DNA of 64,000 nucleotides from Enoplolaimus lenunculus. Taxonomy: Eukaryota. The translations under genes and the position numbers were made by a program. The notes under the pieces were generated by a model that was not told where the DNA came from, did not search any database, and saw only the letters and a list, made by a program, of their open reading frames with translations. The stretch spans positions 1-64,000 of the forward strand of contig JASANG010000611.1 in assembly GCA_030248215.1 (NCBI GenBank). Reading direction: 5' to 3'. Positions 39,777 to 50,904 of the stretch are shown here, piece by piece (the stretch's first letter is position 1; each line of letters begins with the position of its first letter).

Positions 39777-42504
39777 ATGACAAACAATTATACAGACCAT
39801 CCTGTGACAACAGGTAGTACACGAGCTTGTGCTGGTTCCCTGATCGCCCCTGATTTCAGCAAATTAGCCCTTATTCCTGTAATTGAAGCGTTTGAAATGT
39901 ATTATATTTTTCCAGTGCTGTTTGTCTCAGGCTTGTTGGGAAATTTGGCAATTATTATCGTTCGCAGTAGAGTTGGTATGCGATGCGGCAGCGGTGCAAT
40001 TATAAACGCCGTTTTGCTATCAATGTCTATCGCAGATGCGGCCTATTTTATAGCTCTGGTAGTTTTGAAGTGCCGAATCTGGTCCGCAGCGCGTCAATCA
40101 TGGACGTATTATTTGATTTGGGTTAATAGCCAGCCGGCGCTTTTGGCGTTGGCAAACTGGTTTTCGACAGTTTCAATTTGGTAGGTAAGCTCAACAGTAT
40201 CTTTCAGGGGTTGCTCATTTTTAAATGTTTAGTTTGTTGAATCTTTGTGAGCAACGTAATTTGTTCAGTGCAAAAGCGCCTACAATTCATTTTTACTCCA
40301 TACTTTAGAGGGTGAAACATTCATTATATTCGAAATGTCGGCTCTTGTATGCTTCTCGCAAATCTTTGGTTCAAGGCTTAAACGTAGGCTTGGGCAAAGG
40401 CTCAGGCTTAGGTAAACCCTTACTTATATCAAAGTTTGGACCTATTGGGAAAAGTTAACTACAGCCGATACGCCAATGGAACGCCGGACACGTTTCAATT
40501 CTGAAATTCGGGTTTTAGCGCTACCTTCTATCTTCAAAAGCACGTTTGGAGCAGATTGTAGTACGAATGAGAGCTCTGGTATACTTTCTTTTCACATGAT
40601 TAGCCTTATGCGCAGGATTAGGCTCAGGGGCGTCCACAGAATCATATTTGGGGGCACCGAATAATTTTGGGGGTCCACTACAATTGCAATTCAAGATGTT
40701 TGCTTTTAGACCGAATCCATTTAGGGGCACCAGCCAAATTTGGGGGGAAGTCATGGTTTCCCAGTGCCTCCCGTGGGGACGCCCTTGATTAGGCATAGAC
40801 GTAGGTTTCAAAAAAGGCTTTCTTAAGCCTAAGCCTATTAAGCATAAACGTTTGCTAAAGCCTTTATCGAGCCCTAAGCCCTAAGCCTAACGAATGCATT
40901 AACGTTTTTGGCGAAGTGTATAAGAGCCCGAAAAAAGTGTACGCTTCTATTGATAACCCTTTTTCACAATGTGAATAAATCAGTGACATTTATCAAGGTA
41001 CTACTGTTTGTAACCAAATTATTCAAAGGATTGGTCTTACCTGTGACTAGACTTAGCTAAATTTGACGAATCTGACTATTTCCTTCCGATATTAAATTTC
41101 ATTGTTCACACCTTGGCAAATTACAGGCTCGCAGTCCTTGTCGCTATGGCACGATATGTGGCTGTAAAGTATCCACTCAAAGCCAAATCATACTTATCAC
41201 CTCGTCGCATATACGTTTCCATCAGTCTTGCCTACACCCTGCCGCTACTAATAAATTTGTACCAATTTTTTGGTCCTCGGCAAACGAAAAAATTTCCACT
41301 CTGTTCACCGATTACCAACAATGATGTAACATATTATTACACTTACCGTTTGATTTCAATTTTTGACGCAAAAAATTACGAAAACAACGCCGGTACAGTC
41401 ACAGCAACAACGAAAGCGCTCTATATTCGATACTCGTTAATGATCTCAGTATTTTCAACCGTTCTTCTGCCATTGATTGTGATTTGTATTCTCAATTGTT
41501 GTTTGGTAGTGAACCTGGCACGCACCGATCGTATGCTTGTTGTCGAAGGAAGTAGTAAGTAACTTTTCAAGGTTGTCGCGATCTGTCACTTAAACTGGCA
41601 GTGTTTTTGAGGCGCTACCGTCCATCAATGTGTTTAATCCGAACTCGACCCATAGCTGCTTGCTGATGCATAGAGTAAAACCTAAACCCTGTGTTTATCC
41701 GAAACCAACATTTTTTGACTTGCAGGCGTTCACCGATTCTGCTAACAAAGGCGGTCAAACTGCAATCAAATTTATGAATAAAATTTGTAATTTTTTCAAT
41801 ACAGTCCTTCACTAGTTTAGCGCCGCCTTAACAGAACGACATTCCACTGTTGCCTGCGAGTGAATCAGACTCCAGTATTATACCTTGGTAACAAATTGAT
41901 GGCAAACTTAACTGTCTTCTCGTTTGCTGTTATAGGACGATTCTCAGTTCATGAAGATCGAAAGATTACTCGATTAGTTATTATAATGATCTCAGCATTT
42001 ATCGTTTGCAATTTACCATCGGCGATCGTTTATTGGCTGGAATGGTGGTACAATTTCAACGTTCCTGAAACGCGTTCTGATTGGTTCAGCGGAACACTAA
42101 CAAAGTTATCGAACATTTTAGTTACCGCAGGCAAAACTGCAAATCTTGCAATTTATCTGTGTGCGTCAGAAAAATTTCGTCATGAATTCACAGCAACGTT
42201 TTGCAAATGCTTAATGGAACCACGGTCTTATGTGTGGGGGAAAGCGAACAGTAATCAGGGGCTTCCTATAGACGGATTATGCTACAAGTTGACAGCACCA
42301 TTGCGCAAGGCAAAAGCTATAGAACAAGGATCTGATACAGTTTTTAAGACGTCCTCATTCAGTATGCCAATCTTGCCACAATCTCATGCTAATTTGACCA
42401 CATATGAACGAAATAATTCAGTTAATTCAGTAGATATATACTTGGAAGTAAAACATTGTTCACACGTGCAACTTTTTGCCGCGAAAACTTGCAACTGCAA
42501 TTAG
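39777..42504 (+). CDS. Rhodopsin-class peptide GPCR (FMRFamide/sex-peptide receptor-like), 3 exons, about 466 aa
   Basis: Exons 39777-40180, 41127-41554, 41936-42504 in phase. GLLGN (TM1), SIAD (TM2), SIWLAVLVAMARYVAVKYP (TM3), FIVCNLP (TM6), SNILVTAGKTANLAIY...KFR (TM7/H8). Confidence 0.9.
40625..40787. mobile_element. hAT-like MITE inserted in a TTAGGC array; second copy at about 54718-54885
   Basis: TIR CAGGGGCGTCC / GGACGCCCTTG; 8-bp TSD ATTAGGCT/ATTAGGCA. Confidence 0.85.
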
Positions 42505-43075
42505 TGTATGCAATAATTTGACAGCGCTCGCTGCTGCAGCTTGCGCGAGCAGGTTTTGATCGAAAAACCTTTTACAAAATTTCCAATCGTTAGTTCTGAC
42601 TGCAACTTTTAACCGAGAAACTTGTTTGCGGACGCTGCATGTGCAATTTCAAGATGTACGAACTTGCACTTGCAAGTTGCAGCTGTAAGCCGATATTTGA
42701 CTTTATAGTATGCAAATGATTGTATATTATACATTTCTTGTTTCGACTAAAACCGTAATTTGTAATATTAATATATTTTTTGCATCGGTATTCAAAATTA
42801 TACTCTGGTATCAAAGTAAACAAAATAGTACTCAATAAAAGCGGTTTCAATTTCAAACTATTGAAATATTTCATCACGAATCATGTTTTTGCACGCTTTG
42901 GTTGTTATAATAGACATTTTGCCAAATATCTGGTCATAACTGTGTGAATGATGAAAAATTGAAGGCGAGCTGGTTGTCTACAGGTTTTCTAAACGCAGCG
43001 GGTTACGCTCAACTCTATGACTCTATAGTTTGTAGAAATTCTAGAATTGTTACAGTTCATGTGCATAGGATTAAT

Positions 43076-43285
43076 AACCCATGTAAAGATTCAGGGGCGG
43101 AACGTTTTTCTCTCCGACTGCAATTGAATAAATGAGCTTAAACTTCAGGCTAAATTTTTTTGCTAAGACTTTAGGCTTATATATTAGGTCATTCTTACGT
43201 ATAGGCTTAGGTATAACCTCATTCTTACGCTTAGGCTTAGAAATATGCATATACTACTGTTACTACCCTGCTCTATGCATTGGTC
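43076..43285. mobile_element. Family-A TTAGGC MITE upstream of IR-like copy 3
   Basis: CCCATGTAAAGATTCAGGGGCGGAACG left end, CCCTGCTCTATGCATTGGTC right end, TTAGGC units. Confidence 0.8.
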
Positions 43286-43419
43286 GGGGTAACGAAGGTT
43301 TGTCAATACTGGAAGAAATGCGGCAACGCAAATTCACTGCATACTCGCACCTGTTTCGTGCTCATGTAAAAATATTTAGCTTAGCTCAGTATATTTATCA
43401 ATTCAGAAACCCAGCAATT

Positions 43420-44610
43420 ATGTCTTTAAAATCTCAAGATAGCATGATCCGATTTGGTTTACTAACAAATGCAACACTGCGCTACCTTAACAATTTTTAC
43501 ACTCAAAAAGAAACATCTCAACGTGCAACTATGGATGCGTTACGATATTTAAGCAACGATATACAATTAGTGCCCGAATCAGCGCTCAATACCCTTAACT
43601 ACAATCGTACAACGGATATATTTGATTCAATTATTGCACTTACAAATAACATAATCGACGTTGTTCCGCTTCATTATCCATTGTCGGAAAGTCTTTTTAG
43701 CCGCCCTGATGTATGTTTCGCATTTTTTGATTATATCGATGTATGGTTCTTTTTTAACCGACGGGCCGCGTTGCGTCATGAAATGTTTGTCTGGTGGAGA
43801 TCTGTATCGCCAGCTGCCGCTTGGATTGCAATATTCATCGCGCTTATGGTTCCAACGATTGTCCCAGCAACTCTTCGGAAGGTGTTCAACGAATATCCAG
43901 TCCGTTGTCGCCGTCATGCTGCTCTTTCGATTGCCAGTCTTGGTGATTGGGTAATTATCGGATCAATATCAGCAGTGATCACAAATCAACACGTCAAGCA
44001 TCCGCAACCGCCGTTTCGAACACTATTCGAAAGTGCAAACGCAATTTTGCAAAACAATTACGTATGGACAAGTCATATTAAACAACTTCATCAAGTATTC
44101 GCTGTCCCAGGAGACCCGGAATATGTACCTATGATGTCACAAGCTCTCAAAAAGAACCCAATTCATGTAGTAGCGAGTAAACGAAACATGTTGGTTGAAA
44201 TTAGTCGCGACAGCAGTGGGAAAACATTTTCCATTCGCAATATGTATGCAATCGGTAGGCTCTTGCGCTACTTTCCATCAATTGTGCCGTTTGAAGCGGA
44301 GACAACTCGTAAACGTATGACTGGATCGTATTATAATTGTAAGCTAAAGTCGTTGCGGCAACATTATAACGCGGCACTGATGATGATTAAAGAGACGCCA
44401 ACGTTACGGGCGATTGGGTTTGTGCAACACTTATCACCGACATTTGAAAAATTTTGGCGTCAAGCAACGATAATTGAAAGCATTTCAATGGCCCAGCTAC
44501 AATCAACTTTCGCTGTCGCATGGTTTGGATGGAGCGTGGCAACTGTGTTGTTTTTGAGTGAAATGATTGTTGAAAACTTTAAAATTTCGTTTGAATTACA
44601 TTTGATATAA
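43420..44610 (+). CDS. Intronless divergent iGluR/IR-like protein copy 3, 396 aa
   Basis: Aligns end to end with 27231-28421 (IRFGLL, TMDAL, CFAFFDY, GSISAVITNQHVK, PFRTLFES, SQALKKNP, GSYYNC, M4 FAVAWFGWSVATVLFLSE). The ATG at 43420 matches the paralog starts. Confidence 0.75.
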   Translation: MSLKSQDSMIRFGLLTNATLRYLNNFYTQKETSQRATMDALRYLSNDIQLVPESALNTLNYNRTTDIFDSIIALTNNIIDVVPLHYPLSESLFSRPDVCFAFFDYIDVWFFFNRRAALRHEMFVWWRSVSPAAAWIAIFIALMVPTIVPATLRKVFNEYPVRCRRHAALSIASLGDWVIIGSISAVITNQHVKHPQPPFRTLFESANAILQNNYVWTSHIKQLHQVFAVPGDPEYVPMMSQALKKNPIHVVASKRNMLVEISRDSSGKTFSIRNMYAIGRLLRYFPSIVPFEAETTRKRMTGSYYNCKLKSLRQHYNAALMMIKETPTLRAIGFVQHLSPTFEKFWRQATIIESISMAQLQSTFAVAWFGWSVATVLFLSEMIVENFKISFELHLI

Positions 44611-45892
44611 ATTGTAGTGTCGAATTTAACAGTTTTGGCTAACAGTTGTATTTGAAAGTATTGCTAGCTAGGATCAGCGATCGCCGTCAAATGGTCTAGA
44701 AGAACATTTGGTTTTTGTGTTTTGTGTTAGTCCGGAAAGAGATCCCATGCCCGGTTCTTTTTAGATCCCGAGCAAAGCGAGTGAGAAGCCAGAAGAATTG
44801 CTTTATTGATCCTCATTACAAACAATATGTTGTTATGTAAAGGTCCAGAGTGTCAGAACTGCACGGCGAGTCAAGCGCGCTACCAATTGCTCCATGCGGC
44901 CGATATCATAATTTCCTCGGGAGCTATATGTGCACGAGTATGTATGTGTCTTAACATTACACACTCTGTACATACACAAGCTACACCGCGTATACTCACA
45001 CATGCTACACCGCGTATACTCACACAGAGGAGTAGCTGGATTGTTAGACCTCTTGATACGCCGTGAACTTTGTATTACTTACAGTTGTTACGTTGGGCAA
45101 ATTAATTTAATCATGAAGCGTTGCCGTGCCTAAACTTCTTTTCACCTATAAAAGTTGTTAGACTTGTTACAAAGTGTTGGTTTTACCAAGAGTGGATGAT
45201 GTCCACCTTGCAGAAGAGTGTGCAACTGCTTGGGCTGTGCATGGTACTAAATGTACCAGCACGAGTTGCATTTTTCCCAGTTGCACACTCTTGTTATAGA
45301 GAGTGATCATCCACTCCTGGTTTTACCAAGAGTGTATGATGACAATATGACAAGTATATCCAACGGTGGGGGAAAAGTAGTCAGCGCGCGTTGTGTGGTT
45401 GGCCGATTCTTGTCAAATCTGGGGAATATTTTCGCACGTTCGTATAACTATTACTTGTCAACCTGATTGCTTAGATCATATTGTTGGTTGGTATGTTGCA
45501 AGCTATATCTACACTTAAATCGGGGGGTAAGGCCAAAACGCAACCCGTGCTTGTACATTTTGTGCCACACAGCACTATTGTCTGAAGAGTCATTATCAAC
45601 TCTTCGTTCCACTGAATAGCTGAGACTTGTAAATTATGTGAGATTTGTGCTTTGATTATATTTGAGAATATGAATCTGAGTTAAATACAGGTGTGACTAC
45701 TGCACTATTAATGACATATTTTAAATAGGTCAGGCGTGTAATTGCGTTTAAACAGTTGAGCCTAAATTTGTATTTTAATGCCATAATAAAACTGAAGTAA
45801 ATATAAAAGCAGAATTAGATCAGTCATGACGCCAGCTAGTCAAGCATAAATCTTGTTTAGTTTTCGAAATTAGTTTTTTCTATACAAAAAAC

Positions 45893-46102
45893 GGTCAAGG
45901 TTACTTTAAGGGGCGTAACAGTAGATTAAGTGTATTCCTAAGCCTAAGCCTAAGCCTAAGCGTATTCCTAAGCCTAAGCCTACGCGTTTCAAAAATGAGT
46001 TCCTAAGCCTAAGCCTAAGCACAAAAAATGTAATCTAGAATCTAAACCTACTCTTTTATAGACCCACCAGAAACCTGGACGCCCGTTAAAGTAACATGGG
46101 CA
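45893..46102. mobile_element. Family-A-related MITE with the cleanest (CCTAAG)n tracts
   Basis: TIR GGTCAAGGTTACTTTAAGGGGCGT / ACGCCCGTTAAAGTAACATGGGCA; TSD CAAAAAAC/CAAAAAAG. Confidence 0.8.
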
Positions 46103-46445
46103 CAAAAAAGCGTCATGTCCAACAATATGGGTACAAGTTTACTTTACCAGCACTATTGTTGATTTGATAAGGGATAAAAGTATACCTCATACCACTACTG
46201 TCTGGTATTTCCTGAACCTAAACTTAGGTTTATGCTCAGGTTTCGGCTTCAGCTATACTCCAACCTCCACCGTCAGCTTATTTTATTAATCTAGTCATAA
46301 ATAGGTTAGAGGAAGCCTTAGCCTAAAAGGCTCAGCACGTTTAATTAAAACAGTTGTTTGTCCTCGGGAAGCATTATTGCGGGGTCCAAGTAAGCCAGCA
46401 TCATAATACGTTGTGCTTCAGACAAAAGTAATACATCTTATTGCC

Positions 46446-49400
46446 ATGGATTCTCGCGTTTTGGAGTCAATACTTGCAGATATCAGCTCAAACGCAACGA
46501 AACTGCAAGCGGTGTTACAAGTGCTAGAGTTAATACAACAATCGAGTTTAATGGTAAAGATTCACAGTTATGGCCAATGTAAAGATCAGGGGCAGAACAG
46601 TATTATAGGTATATTCCTAAGACTATTAAGCCTAAGCCTAAACCTAAGCGTAGAATAAGCATATTCCTAAGCTTAAGCCTAAGCCTAAGCCTAAGCCTAA
46701 ACCTAAGCCAAGCAAAAAAAATTAGTCTAAAGCTTAAGCATACTCTATTGCAGTCCCACAGAAAAACGTTCCGCCTTTGATCTTTGCATGGGCCACAGAT
46801 GTCGACTCTGGTACACTTTTCCTTATTGGCTAAGGCTCAGACTTAGGTTTCGGAAAAAGCTCACCTAAGCATAGGCCTAAACATTTACGTAAGCCTTTAT
46901 ACCTAAAGCCTTCGCCTTAAATGTGGGGGAAAGTGTACAACAGGTCGAAACGTGTATGTACGCATTGTGTTCGAATCAGACGATGCCCTGCCTACATGCA
47001 GGACTGATCAGAAAAGAGATTTGTGAATATGTTCCACCGACTAAGCCTTGTTGAAAATTTTGCGAAGCAAATTGGTCATCTGAAGCTCTCGATGTTATTT
47101 TTAACTGAAAACTAAAAATATTCTGCTGACACAAGTTTTAAATCTGTCACGCCTTTGAAGCGATTAAATTTTAAAATACCGAATATTATGTAAAGAGATA
47201 AAACACGTTTCTTTCCACAACCATTATCTGTATGGTAAAAAACGCATTTTATTGGATTTTGCAGTTACTTAGTGATATAGTTCTCGTAATTTCTGAACCA
47301 TGAACTAGTGGCGGATCAAAAAAATTTCTCATATGGCAGGCCGGTAGGTGTATAACAGTGAATGACAGCTCGCGAGAAAAGCTAATGAGTAGTATAAATC
47401 ATAAAAACTTATATAAATAATTTTCTTACAAAGACCGCGAAGCATAGCATTTTTGGCTGACGCACGCTTCAGTCTATATTTTAGGTTCAGGTTTAGGTAA
47501 ACGCTAGGAAGGCAAAGTCTTACGCATACGGTAGGCCTTTTCCTAAACCTAGGCTTAGCATATTAACGTTTCAGAAAAGTGTATAGAAACCGCATTTTTC
47601 ATAGCACATCGCACAGTTGGAGCTGCACTAAAGAATAGGTCCAGGCATTTTGCTATATATTGATTAACTAGTACTGACCATTTAGAAAGTAATAACCAAG
47701 ATTTTTCATTTTGCTGAGCAGCCCAAATTCCAACTGGTTCTTTTGCCATTTGCCCAGTAGGGCAGATGGCCAACTCAACTGTGACACATCGGATTTTAGA
47801 ATATCAAGACACTAAATTCAACAAGCGCGTCGAATTTTTCCGCAGCACCCGACTCGGCGGCTGCCACTGAAACGTTGACCCGTGAAGATTCAATTTGGCA
47901 GCTGCGTTCAGGATTCATGATCATGACAATGCAGTCCGGATTTGCGCTTCTCGAAACTGGATGCGCGTCGTCGAAAAATATTGCCAACATTATGGTCAAA
48001 AATATTGCCGATGTCGCGCTGGGCGGCTTGTGTTACTGGCTGCTGGGGTATGGACTGAGCTATGGCGCTCCAGGTAATCCGTTTTGCGGTGGTCCTGGTG
48101 GATTTCTATTGCTGGATGTGTCTGAAGAAACGATGGGATCGGTGTTTACTGATTTTTTCTTTCAGTTTACGTTCGCTAGTACTGCAACAACTATTGTGTC
48201 TGGTGCAATCGCAGAGCGTGTTTCACTGCGCGCGTATATGCTGTATTCGTTGCTGAATACTTTGACGTATTGCATTCCGGCGAGCTGGGCTTGGAACTCG
48301 ATCGGATTTCTGAAACAAATGGGATTCTACGATTTTGCAGGTACGAATTGTATCTCATAATGGAAGCCGTGAGTCAAAAAGTGTTTTGATTTGCTAGGTT
48401 AAATTCAATTGGTTAACTCTAAATTGACATCTCTCTGAAATAGACATTCTATTAAAACGCCAAACATTCAATTATATACGGTTTACAACCTTAAGAATTA
48501 AAAGAATATCGCTATACAATGACAATTTTTTGTCAGCCAAAATTTTTTATTTCAAACTCTTCTAGAAATTTATATTTTTTTCTTACAGATCGCTTTATTG
48601 TTTAAAAAAGTTAAAAATTTTATAGTAAAACATCGCAATAATGTGTTGTGTTAAAACTTAAAAGATAAGCTATATTTGAAAGCCGACAAACATACATCTG
48701 ATAATGTTGAAATATGAAAAGACTTTGGGTATCGATCAATCACTTTCTGAAGACGCACGAGAAAAGAAGAATTTTAATACTGTTTATCTTTCAAATTAAC
48801 ATACACATTTCTGATCAAAGTAACTTTTAGCCATGATATTCACATGCTTTGCCTGTGAGGTATTCTTCACGTTTACATTGTCTCCCAAACGGATTTTCCT
48901 TAACTGCAGTTCTGTATATTCGTTCATATCACTCCATATGCGCAAGTTTCAGTATATTTCACACTATATACTGCATATTTTGTCCATCCTGCGGTCTTTT
49001 TATGCTACATTTTACACTAATGTAGGCAGTGTTCGCTGTAAAAACACGGAATGGTTGTTCCGACTGTTAAAGCAGAACGTCGAATCAAATTCGGTAGGTT
49101 CTAGGTATTTCATTTACTATTCACTACAGAAACGTTCCCAACACACAATGACTAAGTGAACAAAATAGTCTGCGTCTTAAGCTCGGGTTTTCCCTTAAAC
49201 CTACGCCAGAGCCTAGGCTTCGTAACGTATAAACAGTTGTGTGGCTGGAACCTTTGCCGTTTTATATTAACCGTGTGGTGCAAAGTAAACAACTGTCGGA
49301 TTTTAGGTTCCATGGTTGTCCACGGTAATGGCGGTGCGTCAGCGGTAGTTGCATCCGTGATGTTGGGACCGCGAACCGGACGATTTGATTCGGAGACCGC

Positions 49401-50904
49401 TGATGCGTTCAAGATGAGTTCACCAGTCACCGCGTTATCCGGCACGCTTATGCTCTGGTGGGCATGGTTCGGTTTCAACACCGGATCGACGCTAGGTGTC
49501 ACCGGAGAACACGGAACTTTATGGAAAATTAATGCTTTGGTCGCGATCAATACACTTAATGGATCAGTAGGAGGTGTAATTGCTGGAATTTTGATTAGCA
49601 TCATAACTAGAAATGGTCAAATCGGAATTAGTGAGTTAATAAATGGAGTTCTTGGTGGATTAGTTGGTGTGACAGCATGCTGTTCGGTGACCACTCCGAC
49701 GCTAAGTTTGGTAGCAGGAGTAATGGGAGGCACTGTGGCTATCGCTACGGAACCATTGCTTGTTATGCTTAAAATTGACGATCCAGTTGGTGCAATTGGT
49801 GTTCATTTAACTGCTGGCATAGCTGCGATGATTGCGACAGGATTGTTTGCGTTTGAAGATACCTGGGGTACTCTTGGACTGCCATATGGGGGTGCTTTTG
49901 CCGGGGGAGGCTGGTACTTGCTCGGGATCGAGTTGCTCGGATCGGTGGCAATTTGTGCGTGGAGCGGATTGACAACGTGGATTATACTTATTTTTATCGA
50001 CCGATTTGTAGAACCAATCCGAATGAGCAGAGAGCAAGAATTTTTAGGAGCAGATATTTGCGAGCATGGGATTGTGCACGTGAGCAAAGATGGAATCCGG
50101 GGTATTGCGGATGGGGTCGGCGAAAAAGTTACTGATCCATTGGCTGCCGCTTCCCTACATCGAGATGTATCTGAAATAGTCAGCGAGCTCCTTAGACAAC
50201 GGCAATCTCTGGAGTATGCCGCTCTTCAAGCGCCAGGAGCAAGGAAGGTAAGGTTATTATCAAACGAAAATAGTCCCCATTATACGTCACTGGACTTGTC
50301 TAGTATCAGCTATAATAGCGACACTGCGAAGAAAATAGAAACCAACACACAGATCAGCTGTCTTGAAGACAGCCCTCACGACCTTCACCAATACCGTCAT
50401 CTTTTATCTGGAAGTCAACGAAGTCAAGCTGAAATATCAATGGCTAACGATGTATCTGGAAATGTCGAAATTACACTTGACAATATAGAACGCAGCGATG
50501 CTAAAATCTCATTGGTTACCAGCTCCGTGTCGATAACCAATGATATTCCATTGGCGAATTATATATCTGGTCTCGGCCAAAGGCATACAATGAACCCAAA
50601 AGCTATGGAGGAAGCCCGTTATACTGGCTCTTCGATGGTTTGTCCAAAACGATTTCGCAAATTGCATCAAGTCAAGCGTCGAGTTTCACAGCGGCTACTT
50701 TCGGCAAAAGAATATCGGTCGCGGCAAAAGTCTAATGATTATCATTTTCGAAACAGCAATTATCAGAATGAGCAGAAGATATTTTCTGTCGACGCGAAAA
50801 GCACTGTTCCACCACAACAACAGCTACGCAGACCAAAAACTGCTATTAAAAAGTTAACGGTCACAAATCAAAGTCGTACAGTCGTTGTTACTCCTATTTC
50901 GTAA
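46446..50904 (+). CDS. amt: Ammonium transporter (Amt family) with long C-terminal tail, about 748 aa
   Basis: Exons 46446-46553 (less certain), 47800-48340 and 49307-50904. Motifs MQSGFALLETG, TIVSGAIAER, DFAGSMVVH, WFGFNTGS, NGVLGGLVGVT, IDDPVGAIGVH. Confidence 0.93.
46572..46794. mobile_element. Family-A TTAGGC MITE in amt intron 1
   Basis: GGCCAATGTAAAGATCAGGGGC / GCCTTTGATCTTTGCATGGGCC; TSD ACAGTTAT/ACAGATGT; (CCTAAG)n array. Confidence 0.88.

Noticed and set aside
43132..43419. 96-aa N-terminal extension of the 492-aa ORF
   Set aside because: It reads through a TTAGGC MITE; paralog alignment starts at the ATG at 43420.
49156..49306. N-terminus of the 582-aa ORF
   Set aside because: Intronic; the TTTTAG acceptor at 49306 restores DFAGSMVVH.
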